This document shows, in pieces, positions 40,012 to 48,351 of a stretch of 64,000 nucleotides of DNA. How positions within the stretch are numbered: position 1 is the stretch's first letter; every line of letters begins with the position of its first letter. The notes below the pieces were generated by a model. That model did no database searches. It was not told the DNA's origin and saw only the letters and a program-made list of their open reading frames with translations. This DNA comes from Candidatus Latescibacterota bacterium (lineage in GTDB: Bacteria; Latescibacterota; UBA2968; UBA8231): contig OZ252098.1 in NCBI GenBank assembly GCA_965248355.1, forward strand, positions 3,776,001 to 3,840,000, read 5' to 3'. The position numbers and the translations under genes were made by a program.

Positions 40012-42309
40012 CTATCTCAGGACTACCAGCTTTCGGGTTTCAACCAAGTCTCCTGCTTCCAGCCGGCATATGTACACCCCAGAGGCAGCCGTGCGCCCAT
40101 CATTGGCCCGTCCATCCCAACGGACATGGTGATAGCCTGAGACCTTGCTCCCTTCAGCTAGCACGCGAACTCTCTGACCGCTGACACTGTATATCACAAG
40201 CCGAATGACCTCTGGTCGGGCCAAGTGGTAGGAGATGATGGTCGACGAGTTGAAGGGATTTGGGTAATTCTGATTGAGAGCAGCCTGTCTTGACCGCAAT
40301 TGGGCTGTGTCCCTCACGTCTGTTTCACTGGCGCTTGCTTCTCCTCTGTACAAGCCCCAAGCCGTAGCTGCGTAGATGACGTTCTCGCTCTCAGGGTCGA
40401 ATGCCACGTCACTTATCCAAGGAGAATCTGTCAATTGGTGACTTATGGTTGTCCACGTCTCACCGCCATTCTGGCTGACCAAGAGAACCTCGCCTCCGAC
40501 GAGGTAGAGGTGGTCGGAGTTGTGTGGACTCACCCTCAGTCGTACGCTGCTCCAGGCATGTTCCTCGGGAAAGAGCACGCCCGTCCAGCTCCTGCCAGCA
40601 TCCTTTGAACGGTACACCCCATTCGGTGTGCCCGCGTACAGGTGGTCGGGGGCACCGAGGGCCAGGGCCTCAATGGGGCCTCTCTCAACTTCTCCGGTTG
40701 CCTGCCAGGATCTACCGGCATTTCCGCTTCTCCAGATCGTCGCTCCTATTGCCGAGTAGAGGACGCCGAGCGCTCCGTCAGCCACAAATCCTCCCACTCG
40801 TCCCCCTAAGGTCAGACCCGCGGACCTCAGCTCCCAAGACTCCAGCAGGTTAGCAGTAGCACGAATCGTCCAATCTACAACGAAGAGATCGTTTCGAAGT
40901 CTTCCGATCCCAGGATACAGCGGCCGAAACGATGGGCCCTTCCAACCATCAAGTCTACTCGGTGTTAGAGTCACCGCCCCGTCATGACTCAGAAGGTACG
41001 TACCTCTGGCAGAGTAGTGTGCTATAAGAGATCCCGTTGCCTCTCCGAAGTGAAGCACATCTACGAGTCCGGAAAAGAAGTACTGGGGAGAGTTTCGGGT
41101 CACCATGTTCCAAGAGCGCCCTCTGTCACTGCTGACCACCACCCCCGGCGACCACAGAGACGAAGCCTCGCCACTATCGCGCCGGTTGAATACAGAGCCC
41201 ACATACATGTCTCCCTTCTCGTCGAAAACTACAGTGCCCGCAGGCATCTGCAGCGTCGCCAGGTTCGCCCGATGCCAGTTCACCCCGTAGTCATCGGTGT
41301 GATACACGCCGTACTCACCCAGCGCAACAGCACGTCCTCCCACATCACGATCAACAAGCGGGAGTATCTCGAACAGACTCTCTGTCTCGGACATCTGACT
41401 CCAGGTCGCACCTCCGTCACGCGAACAAAACACACCGCCGTACATCCCTGCACCATACATCAGACTCTCAGTCACAGGGTGTATCGCCAAGTGTCGGAAC
41501 TCAACAGGGCTCGTCGATACTTTCCTCCAGGTGTATCCACCGTCCGTGCTCTTCAGGAGTTCATCTCCGTCTTGTCCGTATAGAACGCCGCTGACCGCGG
41601 CGATTGAGAGGTGGCCGAAGGGCAACGCTTCTCCCACGATCGTCCAGGTCTCTCCCCGGTCATCAGTTTGCATCAAGGTCCCATCGTCCACCCAGTTTCG
41701 TACATACACGTAGATGATGTGGGGCTTGGTGGCTACCAGGACCTGGGCACCCTCTGCAGGAATGGACAATTGCGTCTCCTCCCATGTGCTACCAGCATCG
41801 TCCGAGTATGCTAGTCGCTCCTCGAAGCGGGCGTAGACACGTCCAGCAAGCACCGGATCGGTACCCAGCAGCAGGTCGCCCTGCTCCGGGTTCAGGTCCG
41901 AGAGTCTCGACCATCTATGCCCCCCATCATCGGATCTGACGAGCTCGGGAGCGATGTAAACCCGTCGCGCGTCCGCTCCATCGACAAAGACCTGTCTCTC
42001 GAACAGAGAGGTGTTCGTACGTAGCATCAAGCTGCACCTGACCCACGTGTCACCCCTGTTGTCGCTGGTCCACAAGCTGTTCGAGGACAGAGCATACAGT
42101 TGAGATGACTTCCGTTCCACCGCGAGATCATCCACTTGTGGATACCAACGGTTCGTGGGCATCTCCATGTGGGACCATGCCATGCCGGCGTCTTGCTGTT
42201 GACTATCGTTGGTTATGCTGGCATAGGTCTTCAGTGGCACGGCCTCCTGGGCAAGGGCCGGCGAGACGGCGAGGACAAAGGCGAGGGCGGCGCGGATACG
42301 GCATTCCAT
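40012..42309 (-). CDS. Secreted BNR/Asp-box (VPS10/YCF48-like) beta-propeller protein with YPNPFN C-terminal domain; low GC
   Basis: Signal peptide MECRIRAALAFVLAVSPALA, many SxDxGxTW boxes and NYPNPFNSST...ASGVYICRL. Confidence 0.85.
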   Translation of the reverse strand: MECRIRAALAFVLAVSPALAQEAVPLKTYASITNDSQQQDAGMAWSHMEMPTNRWYPQVDDLAVERKSSQLYALSSNSLWTSDNRGDTWVRCSLMLRTNTSLFERQVFVDGADARRVYIAPELVRSDDGGHRWSRLSDLNPEQGDLLLGTDPVLAGRVYARFEERLAYSDDAGSTWEETQLSIPAEGAQVLVATKPHIIYVYVRNWVDDGTLMQTDDRGETWTIVGEALPFGHLSIAAVSGVLYGQDGDELLKSTDGGYTWRKVSTSPVEFRHLAIHPVTESLMYGAGMYGGVFCSRDGGATWSQMSETESLFEILPLVDRDVGGRAVALGEYGVYHTDDYGVNWHRANLATLQMPAGTVVFDEKGDMYVGSVFNRRDSGEASSLWSPGVVVSSDRGRSWNMVTRNSPQYFFSGLVDVLHFGEATGSLIAHYSARGTYLLSHDGAVTLTPSRLDGWKGPSFRPLYPGIGRLRNDLFVVDWTIRATANLLESWELRSAGLTLGGRVGGFVADGALGVLYSAIGATIWRSGNAGRSWQATGEVERGPIEALALGAPDHLYAGTPNGVYRSKDAGRSWTGVLFPEEHAWSSVRLRVSPHNSDHLYLVGGEVLLVSQNGGETWTTISHQLTDSPWISDVAFDPESENVIYAATAWGLYRGEASASETDVRDTAQLRSRQAALNQNYPNPFNSSTIISYHLARPEVIRLVIYSVSGQRVRVLAEGSKVSGYHHVRWDGRANDGRTAASGVYICRLEAGDLVETRKLVVLR

Positions 42310-42470
42310 GGGGGCCTCTTCCTGGTTGGAGTTGAGTTGAACATAGGGTGAATCAGGCCATGGGGCGCCTTGCGGGCAGTCGGTCTCCGGCTGCGGGTTG
42401 TCGGTGGTGGTGGAGAGGATGACCTTTCCGGGCGGAAACGGTCGTCCCTGCATGGAAAGTCCGACCAGCG

Positions 42471-44006
42471 ATGAACCTGAGCGACCTCGTGGACACCTCC
42501 GAACGCGTGGCCGGCACCAGGGCCCGGAGCGAGAAGATCGGTCTGCTCGCCGACTGCCTGGGGCGGCTGTCACCCCCTGAGCGCGAGGCCGGCGCGGCCT
42601 TCCTCACGGGACAGCTGCGCCAGGGGCGGATCGGCCTCGGCGGGGCGGCGATCCGGCAGGCCATGCCTCCTCGGCCGGCCGAGGCGCCGAGCTTGACCGT
42701 GGTCGGGGTGGACGCCGCCTTCGAGGGCGTGTCCCGGCGTAGCGGACCGGGTTCGGCCGGGGCCCGCGTGCAGGCGCTGGCCGGCCTCCTGGAACAGGCC
42801 ACGGAGCCGGAGCAGGAGTGGCTGGCGCGGCTGGTCTTCGGCGAGTTGCGCCAGGGCGCCCAGGAGGGGGTGCTGATCGAGGCCGTCGCCCGGGCCGCCG
42901 GCGTTCCGGCTCCGGCCGTGCGCCGGGCGGTGATGCTCGCCGGCGACCTGGTGTCCGTGGCCGTGGCCGCCCTGGCTGGCGGCGAGCCGGCTCTCGGCGA
43001 GTTCCGCCTGCGGCTGATGTCGCCGGTGCTGCCCATGCTGGCCCAGACGGCCGAGGGCGTGGAGGACGTGCTCGAGCGCCACGGGCGGGTGGCCCTGGAC
43101 TACAAGCTCGACGGAGCGCGGATTCAGGTGCACCGGGTGCATGACGAGGTGCGCCTGTTCACACGGCGGCTGAACGACGTGACCGCCGCGGCGCCCGAGC
43201 TGGTGGAGGCGGTGCGCGCTTTGCCGGCGAGGCAGCTCGTGCTCGACGGCGAGGCGATCGTGCTGCGCGGCGACGGCCGGCCGGCTCCCTTCCAGGAGAC
43301 CATGCGCCGTTTCGGCCGCCGACTCGACGTGGAGCGGATGCGCGCCGAGCTGCCCCTGTCCGCCTTCTACTTCGACTGTCTGCACCTGGACGGACAGGAC
43401 CTGATCGACGCGTCCACCGAGGATCGCCTGGGGGCGCTGCGCGGCGTCGTGCCGGAGGCGGCCCTGGTGCCGCATACTGTGGCCGACGCGGTGGAGCCGG
43501 CGCGGGCGTTCATCGACCTGGCCCTGTCCGCCGGCCACGAAGGGGTCGTGGCCAAGGATCTGGAGGCGCCGTACGAGGCCGGCCGGCGGGGCGCGGGGTG
43601 GCTCAAGCTCAAGCCCGCCCACACCCTCGACCTGGTGGTGCTGGCGGTGGAGTGGGGCAGCGGCCGGCGGCGGGGATGGCTGTCCAACCTGCACCTCGGC
43701 GCCCGGGACCCGGCCGGCGGCTTCGTGATGCTGGGCAAGACCTTCAAGGGCATGACCGACGAGATGCTGGCCTGGCAGACGGAGAAACTGCTCGGTCTCG
43801 AGGCCGGCCGCGAGGGCCACGTGGTGCATGTCCGACCGGAGCTGGTGGCCGAGATCGCCTTCGACGGCCTGCAGGCCAGCCCCCACTACCCCGGAGGCCT
43901 GGCCCTGCGCTTCGCCCGGGTGAAGCGCTATCGCCCGGACAAGACGGCCGACCAGGCCGACGACATCGAGACCGTGCGCAGGATCTTCGCAAGTCAACTC
44001 GGCTAG
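42471..44006 (+). CDS. ATP-dependent DNA ligase (LigB type)
   Basis: PMLAQ, DYKLDGARIQ (KxDG), LDGE, EGVVAK, WLKLK and ALRFARV. Confidence 0.93.
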   Translation: MNLSDLVDTSERVAGTRARSEKIGLLADCLGRLSPPEREAGAAFLTGQLRQGRIGLGGAAIRQAMPPRPAEAPSLTVVGVDAAFEGVSRRSGPGSAGARVQALAGLLEQATEPEQEWLARLVFGELRQGAQEGVLIEAVARAAGVPAPAVRRAVMLAGDLVSVAVAALAGGEPALGEFRLRLMSPVLPMLAQTAEGVEDVLERHGRVALDYKLDGARIQVHRVHDEVRLFTRRLNDVTAAAPELVEAVRALPARQLVLDGEAIVLRGDGRPAPFQETMRRFGRRLDVERMRAELPLSAFYFDCLHLDGQDLIDASTEDRLGALRGVVPEAALVPHTVADAVEPARAFIDLALSAGHEGVVAKDLEAPYEAGRRGAGWLKLKPAHTLDLVVLAVEWGSGRRRGWLSNLHLGARDPAGGFVMLGKTFKGMTDEMLAWQTEKLLGLEAGREGHVVHVRPELVAEIAFDGLQASPHYPGGLALRFARVKRYRPDKTADQADDIETVRRIFASQLG

Positions 44007-44043
44007 ACGGTGGTCCCCATGGGTCTCGAGATCGCCTGGGTGA

Positions 44044-45024
44044 ATGAGGTCCTCCTTCGCCGACGCTGAGTCCTCCCGCCAGGACCCTTTCCGCGGCCTG
44101 AAGGCGGCGGTGGCCCGCCTGCTGCCCGCCGACGGCCGCGGGCGCCGGCGCCCAGCCCCCCGCGAGGCCACCCGCATCTATTGGGAGATCGGCCGGCTCC
44201 TCGACGACCACATCTCCGGCCGTGCCGAGTACGGGGGCCGGGCCGTCGAACGGCTGGCCGGAGAGCTGGGCATCCTGCCGCGGACCCTGTACCGGGCCCG
44301 CAAGCTCTACCAGCGTCTGCCCTCCGACAGCTCTCAACTCGACCAGCTGACCTGGAGCCACTGCCGGCTTCTGGTGACGGTTCCCGACGACGGGCAGCGG
44401 CGCCAGCTGATGGAGCGCGCCGCGGCCGGCGGCTGGAGCGTGCGCCGCCTGCAGGCCCACCTGCGTGCCCGGGAGGAGAGTTCCGCGGACGCCGTGCGCG
44501 GGCGGCCCGGGGTCTACCGTCTCGTGGAGCTAGCCGGAGGTGAGGGGAGGCTGGCCTTCGACTTGGGCTTCGGCGTGCGGCGGCCCCTCGACGGGATAGG
44601 CAAGGTGGGCAAGCGCACCCGCCGCCTGCTCGCGGAGCTGTCCGCCGGGGAGGTGGTCGAGCTGACCCGGGACGCCAGGGACCGGCCGTCCCTGCGCCGG
44701 CAGTGGGGTCAGGCCGGGTCCCGGCTGTTCACCTACGGCGCCCGGCTGCTGGGGGCCACGGCCACCGGCGTGGTGGAGGCTCACATCGATCTGGGTCTCG
44801 AGGTGTCCCTGGTCCGGGGCTTCGCTCTGCGAGGGGCCGCCGGAACCCTGCCCAGAGGGGAACTGCAGCGGCTCCTGGCCGCGGCGCCGGCGGCGGTGGT
44901 CATAAAGACGCACCGGGGTCCGGGCGGCGCCTACCTGGCCGACGTGTTCGGTCTCGACGACGAGCCGGCCCTAGCCGTCATCGCCGAGCGCGGCGACTAC
45001 CTCAACGCCTTGTGGGGGGATTGA
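44044..45024 (+). CDS. DUF1016 (YhcG) N-terminal domain fused to a degenerate thermonuclease (SNase)-like domain
   Basis: YWEIGRLL...AEYG...LTWSHCRLL...GWSVRRL matches DUF1016-N. FTYGARL...IDLG...LRG...VVIKT...YLADVF...YLN matches the SNase layout. Confidence 0.7.
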   Translation: MRSSFADAESSRQDPFRGLKAAVARLLPADGRGRRRPAPREATRIYWEIGRLLDDHISGRAEYGGRAVERLAGELGILPRTLYRARKLYQRLPSDSSQLDQLTWSHCRLLVTVPDDGQRRQLMERAAAGGWSVRRLQAHLRAREESSADAVRGRPGVYRLVELAGGEGRLAFDLGFGVRRPLDGIGKVGKRTRRLLAELSAGEVVELTRDARDRPSLRRQWGQAGSRLFTYGARLLGATATGVVEAHIDLGLEVSLVRGFALRGAAGTLPRGELQRLLAAAPAAVVIKTHRGPGGAYLADVFGLDDEPALAVIAERGDYLNALWGD

Positions 45025-45033
45025 CCGTCCGGG

Positions 45034-45768
45034 CTATGGCTGAATCACCGCTTCGTGTCCCTCCGCGGAGGGCGGCGCGAGCATGCGCCGCTGCCGGGGG
45101 CTGAGCTCGCCCACGTCGAAGCGGCCGTACCAGTCCCTGGCCCACGAGGAGTGGCCGGGGCTGTACTTGAACAGCAGGGCCCGGCGTTCGGTGGGCGAGC
45201 GCCAGGCCATCGTCCCGTGGATCACCGCCTCGGTGAAGATCAGGGCGTCCCCCGCCTCGAGGGCCGGCTGCACGACGTACGGCGCGGGGCGCTCGAAGGA
45301 ACGCACGTCCTCGGGGATGTCCCCCGCGTCGAAGTTGCTCTTGTGACTGGCCGGCACGCAGGCGAAGCCGCCGGCCCCCGCCGGGGCCGGTGTCAGAAAC
45401 CAGGTGACCACGGTCAAGCCATTCGACATCCGGCCGTTGCGGTAGTGATACCAGTGGGTGCCGCCGGTCCCTCCATGCAGCCCCCCGCGGCTCTCCCCTT
45501 CCTTCATGAAGATGGCGTAGTCGTGGTCGAGGCGGACCCGTTCTCCGAGCAGCTCCACGAGGTAGGGCAGGATCCCGGGGTGATCGATCAGGCGCTTGAG
45601 CGGCTCTCCCCACGGAAGCACCGACCACTCCCCGTGGGGGTCCGGCTCCTGGTAGGGAAACCTCTCGTCGGCGATGCGGTTGACCTCGGCGACTTCCTCC
45701 GGCGCCAAGGCGTTCCTGACGATGAGGTATCCCTCGAGGTCGAAGAGGAAGCGTTCTTCGTCGTTCAT
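45034..45768 (-). CDS. PhyH-family Fe(II)/2OG enzyme with HGG in place of HxD
   Basis: FDLEGYLIV, LHGG, GGFACVPASHK, GDALIFTEAVIHGT and ERRALLFKY. Confidence 0.85.
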   Translation of the reverse strand: MNDEERFLFDLEGYLIVRNALAPEEVAEVNRIADERFPYQEPDPHGEWSVLPWGEPLKRLIDHPGILPYLVELLGERVRLDHDYAIFMKEGESRGGLHGGTGGTHWYHYRNGRMSNGLTVVTWFLTPAPAGAGGFACVPASHKSNFDAGDIPEDVRSFERPAPYVVQPALEAGDALIFTEAVIHGTMAWRSPTERRALLFKYSPGHSSWARDWYGRFDVGELSPRQRRMLAPPSAEGHEAVIQP

Positions 45769-45787
45769 CAGCAGGTACTCGCTTTCT

Positions 45788-46786
45788 TCAATTGCGGCCT
45801 CCGCACCCCCAGAGCTCCGGAGGGGGCGGCTCGACCGTGCTGCCCGTGTAGCGCAGGCCCGGCACGCGGTCCCTCGCCAGCAGCAGGGGTCCGTCTAGGT
45901 CCACCCAGTCGGCGCCCTGGGCCGCGAGCAGGGCCGGTGCCATGGCCAGGGACGTGCCCACCATGCACCCCACCATGACCCGCAGCCCTGCGGCCCTGGC
46001 TCGATCCCGCAGCTCCAGGGCGGCGGTCAGTCCCCCGGTCTTGTCGAGCTTGATGTTGACCGCTTCGTACCGGTGCCGCAGCCTGCCGAGGTCGGCGGCG
46101 GTGTGACAGGACTCGTCGGCGCACAGCGGCACCGGGTGCTCGAAGTCGGCCAGGACTTCGTCCCCGGCCGCCGGCAGGGGCTGCTCGATGAGAGCCACGC
46201 CGAGCCCGGCCAGGCCCTCCATCAGAGACCCCAGCCCATCGGCGGTGCAGCCCTCGTTGGCGTCGACGATCAACTGGGATTCGGGCGCTCCCTCGCGGAC
46301 CGCCCGGACCCGCTCCATGTCGCCCCCGTCGCCGGCCAGCTTGAGCTTGAGCAGCGGCCGCCGGGACTCCGCCCTGGCCGCCGCACCCATCGATTCCGGC
46401 GTTCCCAGGCTGAGGGTGTAGGCGGTGGTGAGGGGACCCGGAGCGGGGTGTCCCGCCAACTCGTGGACGGTGCACCCGCGGCGACCCGCCTCCAGGTCCC
46501 ACAGGGCGCAATCGAGGGCGTTGCGCGCCGCCCCGGGCGGGATCTCGCGCGCCAGGTCCCCCCGTGTCCATCCGCTCTCGATGTCGGCGGCGGCTCCGCG
46601 GATCTGTTCCATGACGCCGGCCACGGACTCCCCGTAGCGGGGGTACGGCACGCACTCCCCTCGCCCCGTGGACTCGCCGTCGCGCAGCTCGACGACGACC
46701 ACCTCGACGTGCGTCCGGGAGCCGCGGGAGATGGTGAAGGTCCCGGCCATGGGCCAGGTCTCGGAGACGACGGTCAGCGCGGCCAT
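45788..46786 (-). CDS. dgcA: N-acetyl-D-glutamate racemase / L-Ala-D/L-Glu epimerase (enolase superfamily)
   Basis: FTISRG, GECVPYPRYGE, LKLKL, VDANEG, IEQPL, ADES, NIKLDKTGG and DLDGPLLL. Adjacent to dgcN. Confidence 0.88.
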   Translation of the reverse strand: MAALTVVSETWPMAGTFTISRGSRTHVEVVVVELRDGESTGRGECVPYPRYGESVAGVMEQIRGAAADIESGWTRGDLAREIPPGAARNALDCALWDLEAGRRGCTVHELAGHPAPGPLTTAYTLSLGTPESMGAAARAESRRPLLKLKLAGDGGDMERVRAVREGAPESQLIVDANEGCTADGLGSLMEGLAGLGVALIEQPLPAAGDEVLADFEHPVPLCADESCHTAADLGRLRHRYEAVNIKLDKTGGLTAALELRDRARAAGLRVMVGCMVGTSLAMAPALLAAQGADWVDLDGPLLLARDRVPGLRYTGSTVEPPPPELWGCGGRN

Positions 46787-46795
46787 GCCCTGCGT

Positions 46796-47818
46796 CTATC
46801 TCCGGGGAGCGGCCCCGGGTGCATCCAGGGCGTCGGCGAGCCTTCCGGCGCCGTACCGGCAGGCGTCGACGGCGGGCAGGCCGGTCTCGTCCTCGGCGGC
46901 GCGCAGGACGCGCTCGGCGGCGGGCCCGTCGAGGGCGGAGGTGTTCAGGGAAAGGCCGATGACGCGGCAGCCGGGGTTGGTGAGCCGGCCGCACCGCTCG
47001 TTGAGGGCGATGCACTCCCCCAGCGAGGGCAGGGGTGCGTGCGGGAGCCCGCGCATGTGCCGCCGCGTGGGCTCGTGACACAGGACGAGGGCGTCCGCCC
47101 GCGAGCCGTGCAGCAGGCCGAGGGAGACGCCGGCGTAGGAGGGGTGGAAGAGCGACCCCTGGCCCTCGACCACGTCCCAGTGGTCGTCGTCGTTGGCCGG
47201 CGTCAGGGACTCGGCGGCGCCGGCGATGAAGTCGGAGATGACGGCGTCGACGGCGATCCCTCGGCCGGCGATGAGGATCCCCGTCTGACCGGTGGCCCGG
47301 AATGTCGCCCTGCGCCCCCGCGCCGACAGCTCCCGCTCGATGGCCAGGGCCGTGAACATCTTGCCGCAGGAGCAGTCGGTGCCCACCGTGAGCAGGCGTC
47401 GGCCGCTGCGGGGCCGGCCGTGCCCCACCTCCAGCTCCACCTCCGGATAGCGGACGTCGAAGAGGACGCGCCCGAGGGCGTCGGCGCGTTCGGCGAGCCG
47501 GGGAATCCGGCGCAGACGGTCGTGGAGGCCGCTGGCGATGTCGTAGCCGTGGTCGAGGGCGGCCAGCAACGTCTCCATCCACAAGTCCGGGATTTCGCCG
47601 CCCCGGTTGGCGACGCCGACGATGAGGGCGCGGGCGCCGGCGCGCCGGCCCTGCTCGAGGGTCAGGTCCGGCTGGCCCACGTCGGCGGCGCATCCAGGCA
47701 GGCGCAACTGGCCCACGCACTGGTCCGGTAGCCAGCGCGCCACGCCAGCGGCGGTCTTGGCGGCGAGCTGGTCGGCGGCGTCGCCGAGAAACAGCAGATA
47801 GGGGGGCTCGATGCGCAT
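46796..47818 (-). CDS. dgcN: D-glutamate N-acetyltransferase (DUF1611)
   Basis: PYLLFLGDA, AKTAAG, VGTDCSCGKM, ATGQTG, VEGQGSLFHP and LCHEP. ATG at 47818. Confidence 0.88.
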   Translation of the reverse strand: MRIEPPYLLFLGDAADQLAAKTAAGVARWLPDQCVGQLRLPGCAADVGQPDLTLEQGRRAGARALIVGVANRGGEIPDLWMETLLAALDHGYDIASGLHDRLRRIPRLAERADALGRVLFDVRYPEVELEVGHGRPRSGRRLLTVGTDCSCGKMFTALAIERELSARGRRATFRATGQTGILIAGRGIAVDAVISDFIAGAAESLTPANDDDHWDVVEGQGSLFHPSYAGVSLGLLHGSRADALVLCHEPTRRHMRGLPHAPLPSLGECIALNERCGRLTNPGCRVIGLSLNTSALDGPAAERVLRAAEDETGLPAVDACRYGAGRLADALDAPGAAPRR

Positions 47819-47828
47819 CAGGCGGCGC

Positions 47829-47857
47829 AACCTACCGGCGATCTCGTCAACGGTCAA
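47829..47857 (-). promoter_or_regulatory. Sigma-70-type promoter for dgcN with a very short leader
   Basis: Minus strand TTGACC-N17-TAGGTT, ending 10 bp before the ATG. Confidence 0.55.
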
Positions 47858-47916
47858 GGTGGATCTATATTCTGAAGGGAGTACCATTTGGACCCGTGGG
47901 AAGGGAGCGCCCGCGC

Positions 47917-48351
47917 ATGGCACAGATCGAGGTCACCTGCCCGGAGTGCGGCAAGCAGGTATCGCTGCGCGGCCTCAACGGACACCTGCGCTTCGAGCAC
48001 GAATACCCGCTCGACCAGGCCAGGCGGGTGGCCGCCGGCATTCACGTCGACGGCGCGCTGAACAAGCTGGAGCAGGAGGTGATGGATCTCGTGCGGCGTC
48101 TGTATGCCCTGAAGCAGGACGCGGAGCAGCTCAGGCAGGCTCGCGGCGAGGGGCTGATCGGCGAGCAGCTGTACGAGCGCCTGGTGAGCCAGAAGGGGCA
48201 GGAGATGACGGCCGTGGGCCGTTACCTGCAGCGGCTCGAGCAGACCTGGGCGGAACGCACCGAGCAGGTCACCGGCATCCGGCCGCGGATCGACCTGAAG
48301 GACGAGGTCACCATCGCCGACCTGCTGGCCGGCAAGGAGAGGACATCGTGA
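47917..48351 (+). CDS. Small protein with N-terminal C2H2-type zinc finger and coiled coil
   Basis: RBS GGGAG and ATG 47917; CPECGKQVSLRGLNGHLRFEH followed by heptad helices. Confidence 0.75.
   Translation: MAQIEVTCPECGKQVSLRGLNGHLRFEHEYPLDQARRVAAGIHVDGALNKLEQEVMDLVRRLYALKQDAEQLRQARGEGLIGEQLYERLVSQKGQEMTAVGRYLQRLEQTWAERTEQVTGIRPRIDLKDEVTIADLLAGKERTS

Noticed and set aside
42417..42447. Hairpin GGATGACC-TTTCC-GGGC-GGAAA-C-GGTCGTCC upstream of the ligase
   Set aside because: It is a single stem-loop with no U-tract and no second copy in the window, which is not enough to call a terminator, REP or ncRNA.
42471..45024. Prophage, NHEJ or defence island around the ligase and DUF1016 gene
   Set aside because: No Ku, integrase, phage structural, restriction-modification or toxin genes are nearby, and GC and codon usage are host-like.
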